From the NCBI GenBank assembly GCA_963789955.1, contig CAWBMV010000001.1:851954-915953 (forward strand): DNA of 64,000 nt. The letters are read 5' to 3'. Made by a program: the position numbers and the translations under genes. Numbering within the stretch: position 1 is the first letter of the stretch; each line of letters opens with the position of its first letter. The notes under the pieces were generated by a model. It did not search any database. It had not been told where the DNA came from and saw nothing but the letters and a program-made list of their open reading frames with translations. Below are positions 1 to 10,384 of this stretch, piece by piece. This DNA comes from an uncultured Candidatus Rokubacteria bacterium (GTDB lineage Bacteria; Methylomirabilota; Methylomirabilia; Rokubacteriales; CSP1-6).

Positions 1-1300
1 TCGTGATGGTGGTGCGCGTGGTGGCTTCGTCTCCGTGCTGGTGATCGTGGTCGTGCTCATGCTCCGGAGCGCGGGAATGAGCGGGGCGCGTGGTGATGAT
101 GCGCGCCGTGATGGTGGTGGTCGTGCTCGGAGGCGTCGCCGGCGTAGCGCCGCCAGAACAAGGACAGGCCGAGTGCCGCGATCGTCAGCCCCGAGGCCAG
201 CGCGACCCACGGATAGAGGCGCTCGGGGACCACGTACTGCGAGGCGTAGAAGGTCACGCCACCCAGCAGATAGACGCCGGCGGTGTGCGACGCGGTGACG
301 ATCAGCCCGAGGATCAGCGCGTGGCGCGCGGTGCCCCGCGAGCCCACGAGGTACGCCGCGACGACGGTCTTGCCATGGCCGGGCTCGAGCGCGTGGAACG
401 CGCCGAGCGCGGCGGCCACGGCGAGGGCGACCGCGACGACGCTCAGGGTGAGCTCGCGCGTTGTGATCAGGTCGGTGAACGCGCCGCGCGAGACTGACTG
501 GACGTTGACCTTCGCGACGACCGGCGCCGCGGCGGTCGTCTCGGTCGGCGACGTCACAGAAGCCGACGCGGCGGACGACGCTGGTACCGGAGGCCGGCGC
601 TTCCGACGGCGCCGATGTATCGGACGGCGACGGACGCGGTGGCGGCGCTGGCGTGTTCGCCACGACGGCAGGCGCCGGCGGACGAGAGAACCGCACGCGT
701 GCCTCGCGCGCTTGCGGCGGGCTGTCGAGAAGATCGGTCGGGTAGTCGCTCAGCTCGCGGCTGCGGTCGCGGTCCGGGACCGAGCTTTCGATCACGGTGC
801 TCCCGGCGCGTGCCGACCGCGACGACTTCCTTCCATCCGGTTCGCGCCGCGAAGTTGTCGTCGCGATACCACAGAGTTTCGACACCCCCGCGCGGGCTCG
901 CGAGCGGTGCGGCCATGAGGAGGGCGATCTTCATCGTCGGGAGATCCGCGGCGCCCGGCGGGAAGATCACCTCGGCCGAGCGGACGTCGAGCGCCAGCCG
1001 CTTGCCGTCGACCTCCAACCTCAGATTCGCTTTCAGCGCGTCGGCCGTGTCCCGGAGATAGCGCGACACGCGCGGATCGGCCGGGTCGGCGGGGATCTCG
1101 CGCGACTGCAGCTCCTGGAACGTCGGGATCTCGGCCATGTCGATGAAGTACCGCAGGGCAATCGCGTCCCGCTCGATCTGGATGCCGGTGTACTGACTGA
1201 TGCTGAAGTTACCGAGCGGATGCGCCGGCGCCGGCGCGGGCGTTGCCAGCGCCAGGGCGGCGAAGAGCCAGAGCGACCGGACGATCCGTTGTCTGACCAT
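1..1300 (-). CDS. High-affinity Ni/Co transporter (RcnA/NicO-like) with N-terminal periplasmic domain and His-rich loop; frameshifted, runs off the window
   Basis: Signal peptide then HPLGNFSISQY; HALEPGHGKT motif of RcnA/NicO; HDHHHHGAHHHH tract; pieces 554..1300 and 57..557 joined by frameshifts. Confidence 0.8.
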
Positions 1301-1316
1301 GTTCTTCTGCAGACCC

Positions 1317-1343
1317 TACGGATCGCGACGGGGTTCGGATTCA
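1317..1343 (-). promoter_or_regulatory. Putative ECF (SigK-like) promoter, TGAATCC-N15-CCGTA
   Basis: Resembles the actinobacterial SigK consensus CCATCC-N15-CCGAA; lies ~16 nt upstream of the Ni-transporter ATG. Confidence 0.35.
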
Positions 1344-1396
1344 CGGCGGTCGGGACGATTCCGGGCTCGCCCCCATGGCGGAGGCGGCCTGCCGCG

Positions 1397-2302
1397 TCAG
1401 CGGCTGATGCCGACTTCGCGGAGGTAGCGGAGCACGCCGGGGTGGATCAGATCGGCTCGGGGCGCGGCGGCGAGCGTGTTGGCCGCGGTCGTTTCCTCGG
1501 CTTGCGGCAGACGGCGAGCGAGCGCGGCTTCGCCGCGATGCAGCGCCCGGGCGAGGCGATACGTCACGTCGTCGGACAGATCCGGCCGCCCGAGGATGAA
1601 GCTCCACGAGCCCACGGACGGGAGCGGCGCGGTGAGCCCTGGATAGGCGCCCGCGGGAACCGTCATGGGCTTGAGGAACGCGTGCTTGGCGAGGATGCGC
1701 GCGATCCCGCTCGCGTCGGGCGCGATGAACCTGCCGCCGCCCGGCCCCTTGGCGACGGCGCCGAAGCCCGGCCAGCCCTGGCCGCCGCCCCACAGCGCCG
1801 CGGCGCGGCCGTCGAGCACCATGGCCGGCCCGTCGCCGGCCCGATCGAGGTAGATCGCCTGAAAATCGCGTTCTTGATCGAGGCCGAGCCCATCGAGCAC
1901 GTACTTGGCCAGGATGACCAGCCCCGAGCCGCGCGCGCCGAAGATCACGGGCTTGCCTCGCAGGTCTTCGATTCGCCGGTACGGACTGTCGGCGCGCACC
2001 ACGAACATCCCCGGCGTCGAGTACATCGCGGCGACGATGCGAAGATCGGCCGGTGGCCGGCCGATCCCGTTGAACGCCTCGTGCGCGACCTCGCCCTGGA
2101 CGAGCGCAATGTCGAGGTGGCGGGCCTCGAGCATCGGGACGTTCTCGGTGCTGCCCTTGGTGTTGCGCTGCTCGATCGTGATGCCGGGGTCGGTCTCGTG
2201 AATGGTGTCGGCGACGGCCGCGCCATAGACGGGAAATCCGCCGCCGGGCGTCGCGGTTCCGAGGATCACCACGGCTTTCGCGGAGCTTGCCGTCGTCGAC
2301 AT
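1397..2302 (-). CDS. TAXI-family TRAP transporter solute-binding protein
   Basis: GTATPGGGFPVYG, TKGSTENV and IHPGVLRYLRE motifs; start placed at ATG 2302, 7 nt after TGaTAGGGT; in-frame upstream ATGs are also possible. Confidence 0.85.
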   Translation of the reverse strand: MSTTASSAKAVVILGTATPGGGFPVYGAAVADTIHETDPGITIEQRNTKGSTENVPMLEARHLDIALVQGEVAHEAFNGIGRPPADLRIVAAMYSTPGMFVVRADSPYRRIEDLRGKPVIFGARGSGLVILAKYVLDGLGLDQERDFQAIYLDRAGDGPAMVLDGRAAALWGGGQGWPGFGAVAKGPGGGRFIAPDASGIARILAKHAFLKPMTVPAGAYPGLTAPLPSVGSWSFILGRPDLSDDVTYRLARALHRGEAALARRLPQAEETTAANTLAAAPRADLIHPGVLRYLREVGISR

Positions 2303-2375
2303 GGCGGATACCCTATCATGTCCGCGCGCTATACTCGCCGCGGCCACCACGACGACTACCACATAGAGGAGCCCC

Positions 2376-2794
2376 ATGAAGCTCTTCGTCATCGCGGTCA
2401 TCATACTGCTCGCCGCGATACCCGCGAGCGCGCAGCCGGTCCAGATCACGATCTCGCAGCCCGCCGAGGCCACCACGATGGATCCGGGCCGGAGCACGCA
2501 GGTCTTGAGGGGAAAGCGCCGGGCATCGGCACCCGAACGGGTTCAACGGTAAATACTGGGTCGGCAGCCAGCCCGGGCAGCGTTTCCACGAGCTGATGGA
2601 GCAGGCGCGCTACTCGCTCGATCAGGCCAAGCGCCGGACCCTGTACGCCGAGGCCACGCAGATCGTCCACGACGAAAAGCCGTGGCTCGAGCTGTTCCAG
2701 GAAGTGATCGTGTGCGGCGATGAGCCGGCGGGTCGCCTTCAAGCCTCGGGCGGACTACCGGTTGATCGTGGCGGAGATGGCGCCTAGCCGGTAG
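2376..2794 (+). pseudogene. Internally deleted ABC peptide/nickel solute-binding protein (family 5)
   Basis: SD GAGGA + MKLFVIAVIILLAAIPASA-QPVQITISQPAEATTMDP (N-terminus) joined out of frame to MEQARYSLDQAKRRTLYAEATQIVHDEKPWLELF (typical C-terminus); most of the core is missing. Confidence 0.75.
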
Positions 2795-3206
2795 TCGGCG
2801 CCTCGAGACGGAGCAGCCGCCGGTCGACCCGGCGGAATTCTTCGGCGACCTCGCCGCGGAAACGATCGAGCTTCTGGTCGACGACGATGACGCCTTCGCC
2901 GACGAGCTGGATCTTGTCCATCAGACTCTCGGCGACCACGTCGAAGTGACGGCGGGTCTCCGCGGCGCTCGCCGAGATCTTGGCCTCGAAGTGCCGCTGA
3001 GTCTCTGCGGCGCTCGCCAGGATCTTGCCCTCGAAGTGCCGCTGAGTCTCCGCGGTGCTCGCCAGGATCTTGTCCTCGAGGTGACGGCGGGTCTCTGCGG
3101 CGCTCGCCAGAATCTCAGCGCGCAGTTCGCCAGTGATCTCCGACTTGAGCTCGGACTTGAGCTCCGCGAAGCGTCGATCGAGGTAGCCGACGAGCTCCTG
3201 ATCCAC
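2784..3206 (-). CDS. Hypothetical coiled-coil protein with four 15-aa tandem repeats
   Basis: ILASAAETRRHLEDK / ILASTAETQRHFEGK / ILASAAETQRHFEAK / ISASAAETRRHFDVV; GTG start at 3206 inferred. Confidence 0.7.
   Translation of the reverse strand: MDQELVGYLDRRFAELKSELKSEITGELRAEILASAAETRRHLEDKILASTAETQRHFEGKILASAAETQRHFEAKISASAAETRRHFDVVAESLMDKIQLVGEGVIVVDQKLDRFRGEVAEEFRRVDRRLLRLEAPTTG
2934..3113 (-). repeat. 45-bp in-frame tandem repeat, 4 copies
   Basis: Units of the form ATyyyGGCGAGCrCCGCrGAGACyCrsCGkCACyTCGA are visible in the DNA. Confidence 0.9.
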
Positions 3207-3362
3207 ACGGGTACTCTGATGGCCCGCGGCGGTCGCGTCAAGTGTGTCGCGTTGAAGACGGAGGCTCAGCCGCCCTTCAGCCTCGGATCGGGAGACCCCG
3301 AAGCGGGCCATTATCGCTCAAGGGCTCGGAGGCGCGGTCGGACTCTAGTGTAGAGTGAGGTC

Positions 3363-4022
3363 ATGATCAGAGCGGTTACCGCGCTGACGCTCGCTCTATT
3401 GGTGATGGCCACAACCGTCCCGGCCGTCGCCCAGTCGCTCGACGACGTCGTGCGCGAGATCGAGACCGTCTACAGCCGCATGACCGACCTGCGCGCCGAC
3501 TTCACGCAGACCGCGTTCAACAAGAGCCTCAACCAGACGATTCCGGCGCGCGGCACTGTCTACTTGAAGAAGGGCGGCAAGCTCCGCTGGGAGTACACCG
3601 AGCCCACGCCGCAGGAAATCGTGTCGGACGGCAAGAAGCTCTGGGTCTACACGCCGACTCTGAACCAGGCCAACGTCGCCGACGCGCCCGAGGCGCTGGC
3701 CGGTCCCGCCGGGAGCTTCCTGGCCGGGCTCGGCCGCCTGCGGACCGAGTTCCAGGTGCGCTTCCTGAACCCCGCGCAGCCGAAGGACGCCGAGGGGAAC
3801 TGGGCGCTGGATCTGACGCCGAAGCAGCCGTTGCCGACCCTGACGCGGCTGATCCTGTCAGTGGACCCGAAGAGCTGGGAGATCCGGAAGGCCATCGTGC
3901 ACGACCAGTTCGAGAACACGGTGACGATGCGCTTCACGAAGATGGCGGTGAACAGCGGGCTGCCGGAGCGGACCTTCACCTTCGTGGCGCCCAAGGGCGT
4001 CGTGATCGTCCCGCTCAAGTAA
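3363..4022 (+). CDS. lolA: Outer-membrane lipoprotein carrier protein LolA
   Basis: Signal peptide; ADFTQ, G.VYLKKGGKLRWEY..P..QEIVSDGKKLWVY motif. Confidence 0.9.
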   Translation: MIRAVTALTLALLVMATTVPAVAQSLDDVVREIETVYSRMTDLRADFTQTAFNKSLNQTIPARGTVYLKKGGKLRWEYTEPTPQEIVSDGKKLWVYTPTLNQANVADAPEALAGPAGSFLAGLGRLRTEFQVRFLNPAQPKDAEGNWALDLTPKQPLPTLTRLILSVDPKSWEIRKAIVHDQFENTVTMRFTKMAVNSGLPERTFTFVAPKGVVIVPLK

Positions 4023-4034
4023 GCGGAGGGGGCC

Positions 4035-4532
4035 ATGGCCGCCGAGAATTCATTCGACATCGCCTGCAAGATCGACATGCAAGAGGTCACGAACGCGCTC
4101 GACCAGGCGCGGCGGGAGATCGACACCCGCTACGATCTCAAGGGCGCCAAGTGCGGGATCGCCATCGAGAAGACCGATATCACCGCGACGGCGCCCGACG
4201 ACATGAAGCTCAAAGCGGTCGTCGACATTCTGCAGTCGCGCCTGCACAAGCGCGGCGTGCCGCTGAAGGCGCTCACGTACGGTGAGGTCGAGCAGGCCTC
4301 CGGCGGCACGCTCCGCCAGAAGATCGCGCTCCAGCAGGGCATTCCGATCGAGCGCGCCAAGGAGATCGTGCGCCTCATCAAGGACTCCAAGGTCCGGGTG
4401 CAGGCCTCGATCCAGGAAGACCAGGTGCGCGTGGCCGGCAAGAACCGCGACGATCTGCAGAAGATCATCGCGCTGATCAAGGAAAAGGATCTCGGCATCG
4501 CGCTGCAGTTCACGAACTATCGCAGCGCCTGA
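4035..4532 (+). CDS. yajQ: YajQ family nucleotide/c-di-GMP-binding protein
   Basis: SFDI..K.DMQEV.NALDQA.REI.TRYDLKG and VQASIQEDQVRV.GK.RDDLQ...LQFTNYR. Confidence 0.95.
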   Translation: MAAENSFDIACKIDMQEVTNALDQARREIDTRYDLKGAKCGIAIEKTDITATAPDDMKLKAVVDILQSRLHKRGVPLKALTYGEVEQASGGTLRQKIALQQGIPIERAKEIVRLIKDSKVRVQASIQEDQVRVAGKNRDDLQKIIALIKEKDLGIALQFTNYRSA

Positions 4533-5533
4533 TCACGCTACGCCGACATCCTGTTGCTCGCTCGCCGATGTCCGGCAATAGTCCTCTGCGAGATTCTCGC
4601 CGGATGACCCGGCCGTCCGTGACCGGGCCGCAGCGATCGCAAGCTCTTGGAGTGATCGGCAGCCAAAGCTCGAGCGGACCGTACGGCGAGATACACGGGA
4701 CTTGGACAGCGGAGTACTGTCCAGTTCGGGATCGAAGAGGTACTAGTTCGGATCGCCTCCACGCGATCGTTGGCCGGCGAACGAGTCGCGAAGCTGCTGA
4801 CGGCGACCCGATCGGCAGGCCGACCGGTTCAGGCGAGTGAACCGCCAAGTACTCATCAGGAGCAACTCCGGTCCAGTGCGCTGGACGAACGAGCCCGACA
4901 AGGCCAAGGCGAGCCCTATCGTCAAGGCGCGAACCGCTCCGCTGACGCGCAGGCGGTGGTCAGCGCAGCATGCCGGTCCGGTCGGCCGCCTGGCGCAACG
5001 TCGATGTACCTCCGGCCGTCTGGGTGGGACGACGACAACCACGCTGGTCAATGCACCGACGGCTTGAAGCACAGGCGCTAACCTATCGCAGGCTACCGCA
5101 GTTCGGTCTTTATTCGCGGCACGCCTCGCGCGCTCCGCTGAGGGCTGCGTTACATACTCTCGTTCAAGCCGACAGTCATGTGCAACCGACACGAGGCTCC
5201 GCGGCCGTCTTGGAATGCCTAGGCGCGAACTCCGGACGCTGGAGCAGATCGGCTGGATCGCCATCGGCTCCACGTGCTCCCGCAGCAGTTCGACGCCAGC
5301 AAGGCGTCAGGCTCGTCACCTCGCTGCGTAGGCTAAGAGCGCTCGCGGCCCGTCTCCGTTGGCGCTCACGAAACCGCTTACGGTCGAGGCCGCCCTGACA
5401 ATCAGAGCGGGCAGTGAGCTCCTGAATCCGGGTCGGTGGGTGACGCGTAGCGCTCGCTCACGCCGGCATGCTGTGGCTGCCCTGTTGCCTACCGCGGTTT
5501 GGCCCCGCGGGCACGGTATACTGGCTGCCGTCC

Positions 5534-6851
5534 ATGAAGGTCCACCTGACGACCCTCGGCTGCCCGAAGAACCAGGTCGATTCCGAGCTGATGCTCGGCA
5601 TGCTGACCGAGGCCGGATTCCCGCTGGCCGAGCGCCCCGAAGACGCCGAGTGCCTCGTCGTCAACACCTGCGCCTTCATCGACCGCGCGCGCGAAGAATC
5701 GATCGACACGATCCTGGAGCTCGCCAAGCTGAAGAAGCAGGGCTCCTGCCGCGCGCTCATCGTCACCGGCTGCCTCACCCAGCGCTACGGCGGCGACATC
5801 CTCAAGGAGATGCCGGAAGTCGACGGCATCCTCGGCACCTCGAACCTCTCGCGCATCGTCGAGTCTGGTCCGCCAGGCGTCCGGCCGTCAAGACTGGGCG
5901 AGCTCGGCGCCGCCCGGCTATCTCTACGACGCGACCACACCGCGCCTGCTGACGGGCCGCGTGCCCTATGCGTACGTGAAGATCGCGGAAGGGTGCGATA
6001 TGGGCTGCACCTTCTGCGCGATTCCACAGTTCCGCGGCCGTCACCGGAGTCGGCCGCTGGCCGACATCGTGAAAGAGGTCGAAGGGCTGGCGGCGCGCGG
6101 AATCCAGGAGGCGATCCTCGTCTCTCAAGACACGCTCGCGTACGGCCGCGACATTCCCGGCAACGGCGACATCGCCGACCTGCTGCTGGCCCTCGGCGAG
6201 ACGCGGATCCCGTGGATCCGGCCGATGTACCTGCATCCCGCGCACGTCAACGACCGGCTCATCGAGCGCTGGGCGCGCGCGCGGGTCGTCCCGTACCTGG
6301 ACATGCCGGTCCAGCACGGCGACGACGGCGTGCTGCGCGCTATGCGCCGGGCAATCACCGCCAAGCGCATGCGGGAGATCGTCCGCGCGTTCCGCGACGC
6401 GATCCCCGGGCTCACCGTGCGCACGACCGTGCTCGTCGGCTTCCCGGGCGAGTCCGAGGCGGCGTTCCAGAACCTCCTCGAGTTTCTGGAGGACACTCGG
6501 TTCGACCGGCTCGGCGTGTTCACGTATTCGCCCGAGGAAGGGACGCCGTCGGTCGCCTATCCCGATCAGGTCCCTGCCGAGATCGCCGCGGAGCGCGCCG
6601 CGATCGTCCAGGAGCACCAGGATCGCCGCGCGTGGGAGCAGAGCGCCGCGCTCGCCGGCACCGTGACGGACGTCCTGATCGACGGCCCGAGCGAGGATCC
6701 CGCGTTCGCGTGGGAAGGACGCACGGCCGGTCAGGCGCCCGAGATCGACGGCGTCGTGTACCTGCGCGATCGGGGTCTGAAGCCCGGCCGATTTGCCCGC
6801 ATTCGCATCGTCGAGGTCGAGGGATACGAGCTGGTCGGCGAGCGCGCCTAG
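5534..6851 (+). CDS. rimO: Ribosomal protein S12 methylthiotransferase RimO (one frameshift near 5865)
   Basis: LGCPKNQVDSE, VNTCAFI, CxxxCxxC (GCDMGCTFC), TRAM tail APEIDG. Confidence 0.93.
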
Positions 6852-7317
6852 CCTCAGCACGGCGCTCGACCGCGTAGCGCTCGTCGTCGCGACTGGCTTC
6901 GGCGCCGGCTACTCGCCGATCGCGCCGGGCACCGCGGGAAGCGCCCTCACCGTCCTCATCCTCTGGATCGTTCCGTTCTCGCGCGCGGGCCTCCTGTTGT
7001 TCCTCCTGGCCGTGATCGTCGCGGGAACCTGGGCGGCCCATCGCGCCGAGCGCTCGTTCGGCACCAAGGACCCCGGCGCGATCGTCATCGACGAAGTCGC
7101 GGGCATGACGTTGACGGTCGCGCCCTTCGCGCTCACACCCGCCGTACTGCTGGTCGGATTCGTTCTGTTCAGGATCTTCGACGTGACCAAGCCGTTCCCG
7201 GCGCGCGCCAGCCAGCACTGCATCGGCGGGATCGGCGTGATGGTGGATGATCTGATCGCGGGGTTGTACGCTCTGATCGTGATCGTCATCGGCCGAGCCG
7301 TTTTCGCCTGGCCATGA
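6838..7317 (+). CDS. pgpA: Phosphatidylglycerophosphatase A (start uncertain)
   Basis: ATGFGAGYSPIAPGTAGS, KDPGAIVIDEVAG, FRIFDVTKPFP, GVMVDDLIAG. Confidence 0.9.
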   Translation, partial: ASAPSLSTALDRVALVVATGFGAGYSPIAPGTAGSALTVLILWIVPFSRAGLLLFLLAVIVAGTWAAHRAERSFGTKDPGAIVIDEVAGMTLTVAPFALTPAVLLVGFVLFRIFDVTKPFPARASQHCIGGIGVMVDDLIAGLYALIVIVIGRAVFAWP

Positions 7318-8537
7318 CAGCGAGCGCCCACATCGTCACGGTCGGGGCGATGCCCACGCCCGGCGTCGACGGCGCGGCGGTCGCCACGGCTCTCGGCGCC
7401 GCCGGCGTCGCCGTCGTGAGCCGCGTCTTCGTCGAGGACGACGAGGGCGCGCTCGAGCAGGCGCTCGGATCCAACGAGGTCCTGACGGTGGTGCTGGCCG
7501 GCGCCGGCGGCTCGGCCGGCGACATCGTCCGCCGGGTCATCGCGCGCGTGACGGGCGCGCGGCTCGTGCTCCACGAGCGGCTCCTCACGACGTTGCAGGA
7601 GCGCTATCGTCGCCTCGACCGACCCCTGCCGCGCCGGGCCGAACGGCTGGCTCTCCTTCCCCAGGGCGCGACGGTGTGGGTGACCCCCGACGCGGAAGCC
7701 GGCTGGGCGATGGAGAACGGCCACCGCGCCTACGCCGTGCTGGCGCGCGACGCGACCTTGCAGACGATGCTCGCGCAATTCCTCACCCCGTTCGCCCGCG
7801 AGTGGGCGGGCACGCGTGGCGCCGCGGTCGCTCGAACGCTTCGCATCGCCGGCCTCACCGCGGCCGACGTCGAGGAGCGGCTCGTCGACTGGCTCGGTCG
7901 CGACGGCGAGGTGACCGTCTCGACCATCCCGGCGGACGGTGAGGTGTGGGTGAGGCTTCGCGCGCGCGCGTCGACGCCGGCCGAAGCGACTCGGAGTCTC
8001 GCGAAGGCCGAGAGCGGGGTCGCCGCGCTCCTCGGCGAGGACTGCTACGGTCGGGACGGCGACACCCTGGAGGCGGTCGTCGGCCGGACGCTGCTCGAGC
8101 GAGGGTTGCGCCTCGCGGTGGCCGAGTCGTGCACGGGCGGGCTTCTGGGCCATCGCCTGACCAGCGTTCCCGGCTCCTCCGCGTATTTCGAGCGAGGCGT
8201 CCTCGCGTACTCGAATCGCGCGATGGAAGAGCTTCTGGGTGTGCCCGAGTCGCTCCTGAAAGCTCACGGATCGGTCAGCGGGCCGTGTGCCGAGGCGATG
8301 GCGCGCGGGGTCGCGGCGCTCGCCGGCTCGCCGTGCGCGCTCGCGGTCACCGGAATCGCTGGACCGGACGGCGGCACGCCGACCAAGCCCGTCGGCACCG
8401 TCTTCGTCGGCCTCGTGGTCAAGGGAGAGGTGCTCGCTCGGCGCTTCCACTTCGCGGGAGACCGGGCTGCCGTGAGATGGCAATCGACCCAGGCGGCCCT
8501 CGACATGCTACGCCGCTCGCTGCGAGGGCAATCGTGA
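7314..8537 (+). CDS. cinA: CinA family protein with C-terminal NMN deamidase (PncC) domain
   Basis: AVAESCTGGL, VPGSSAYF, HGSVS, AVTGIAGPDGGT..KPVGTV; context pgpA..thpR..recA. Confidence 0.9.
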   Translation: MTASAHIVTVGAMPTPGVDGAAVATALGAAGVAVVSRVFVEDDEGALEQALGSNEVLTVVLAGAGGSAGDIVRRVIARVTGARLVLHERLLTTLQERYRRLDRPLPRRAERLALLPQGATVWVTPDAEAGWAMENGHRAYAVLARDATLQTMLAQFLTPFAREWAGTRGAAVARTLRIAGLTAADVEERLVDWLGRDGEVTVSTIPADGEVWVRLRARASTPAEATRSLAKAESGVAALLGEDCYGRDGDTLEAVVGRTLLERGLRLAVAESCTGGLLGHRLTSVPGSSAYFERGVLAYSNRAMEELLGVPESLLKAHGSVSGPCAEAMARGVAALAGSPCALAVTGIAGPDGGTPTKPVGTVFVGLVVKGEVLARRFHFAGDRAAVRWQSTQAALDMLRRSLRGQS

Positions 8538-9801
8538 AGGCGTGGGTCGTCGTCGCGCTGACCTTGGCGCTCACGGCGTGCTCGGCCGCGTCGGAGGTCG
8601 GCCGCGGCGTCGCCATGGCGTCTCAGGCTGACGATCAGCCCATCAAGGACTGGCCGACCTCAGCCGCCGAGTACGCGAATCGTGGCGTGGTACGCGCGCA
8701 CCAGGGTGATCTGGACGGTGCGATCGCGGACTACACCAAGGCGCTGGCGCTCGCGCCGCCCGATGCCGAGGTCCTGTTCAACCGTGGCAGCGCGATGATC
8801 GCGAAGAAGGACTATCAGGGCGCGATCGCCGACCTCACCCTGGCTCTCTCCATCGATCCGCATCACGCGAAGGCACTGTTCGCCCGCGGGACCGCGCGAT
8901 CGCTGAGCGGCGACCTCGACCTTGCCCGCGCCGACTGGGCCCGCGCGATCGAGCTCGAGCGGGACCCGGGAGAGAAGGCGTTGATGCTGGCTGCGGCCAA
9001 CGCGTCGGCGACCGAGAGCGCGCCGCAGGCTGCTGCGCCGCCGGCGGCAACGCCTGCTCCGCCGCCGGCCGGTGGACGCATCAGCGGAGCACCGCCTCCG
9101 CGGCCGGCGCCAACGCTGAGGTGCCGGCGGCACGCCGCCCGCGGTGGCCGTCGCGCCTGTCCGCCGCCATGCCGCCGCCCGCATCCCCACCGCCTGCGGC
9201 GACGGCCGACGCAGCAACGACACCCGCCGTCGAGACCGCGCCACCTCAGGAGTCGCCGACAGTGCCGGCACCAGCAGAAGCGTCACCGCCTGCTGTTGCC
9301 GCTGCTCCATCGGCCGACGCGCCCGCAGCGGCGCCCGCTCAGGCGGCCACGCCCCCCGCGGACGTCGCGCCGCCCGTGGCCGTCCTGCCGGCGACCGCAC
9401 CGGTTGAGACGTCGCCGACACAGCCGCCCGCGGCCGCAGCCGCGCCCGCGCCGCCCGATGCGGCGGGTTCGACGGCCGCTGCGCCGCCCGCCAGCGCGGC
9501 GCCCGGGCCGGAGTCTCCGGCGACCGCCACCGCTCCCGCCGCTGCCGCGCCTTCTCAGGCGTCCGAGGGCGCGCCGACAAGCGTCTCGCCCCCGCAAATC
9601 GCGGCCGTGCCGCCCGCTCCGGCTCCGGAGCCGGTGCCGCTCGACTCACAGGCGCTGGCGGCCCGCGGCCTCGAGAAAGAGCTCAAAGGGGACCACGACG
9701 GTGCGCTCGCTGATCTTCGTGCGGCGTTGGTTGTCGAGCCGGACCCCGAACGGCGGCAGGGCATTCGAAATCTGCTCCAGCTCCTGGGCGCGCCGCGATA
9801 G
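8534..9801 (+). CDS. TPR-repeat lipoprotein with long Pro/Ala-rich linker (frameshifted near 9070-9150)
   Basis: GTGA overlap with cinA; lipobox LTAC; three TPRs (NRG...GDLDGAIADYTKAL); P/A-rich segment; one C-terminal TPR. Confidence 0.75.
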
Positions 9802-10373
9802 CGGACGTTCGTGCGTTCGTCGCCATCCTCCTCGACGACGCCGTGCGACAGGCGCTCGGTGAGGCGATCGAGCAGCTGCGCCCTGCGGCGCGCGACGTCG
9901 CCTGGGTGGCGCCCGACAACCTGCACCTCACGCTCAAGTTCCTCGGCGCGGTGCCGGAGGCGCGGATCGATTCGGTCGCCGGCGCGTTGACCGATGCCAG
10001 TCGCGAGGCCAGCTCCTTCGAGGCGCGGATCCGCGGCCTCGGCGCCTTTCCGTCGGCCGGCCGACCGCGGGTCGTGTGGGCCGGTGTGACCGACGGTGCC
10101 TCGCAGATGACCGAGCTCGCGCGGCGCGTCGACGTGGCGCTCGCGGCGCTCGGGTTCGCGCGTGACGACCGACCGTTTTCGCCCCACGTCACGCTCGGCC
10201 GGGTGCGACGGCCCGGACGCATCCCGACCCTCACCGACGCGCTCGAGCGCGCGGCCACGCGTGAATTCGGCTGTATCGAGGTTCCGAGCGCATCCCTCAT
10301 GCGCAGTGATCTCGGGCCCCGCGGGGCCCGCTACACGGAGCTGGCCAAAATGAGGCTTGGCAGCCCTGTCTGA
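9798..10373 (+). CDS. thpR: RNA 2',3'-cyclic phosphodiesterase (2H phosphoesterase)
   Basis: RAFVAI N-terminus, HLTLKFLG and PHVTLGR 2H motifs; no canonical start before RAFVAI. Confidence 0.9.
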   Translation: MADVRAFVAILLDDAVRQALGEAIEQLRPAARDVAWVAPDNLHLTLKFLGAVPEARIDSVAGALTDASREASSFEARIRGLGAFPSAGRPRVVWAGVTDGASQMTELARRVDVALAALGFARDDRPFSPHVTLGRVRRPGRIPTLTDALERAATREFGCIEVPSASLMRSDLGPRGARYTELAKMRLGSPV

Positions 10374-10384
10374 GACTCCGGACA

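Noticed and set aside
2934..3113. CRISPR array
   Set aside because: Repeats are contiguous, in-frame and coding, with no unique spacers and no cas genes.
9020..9640. Low-complexity GCC/CCG-rich tract as a DNA repeat element
   Set aside because: Explained as the Pro/Ala-rich linker of the TPR lipoprotein.
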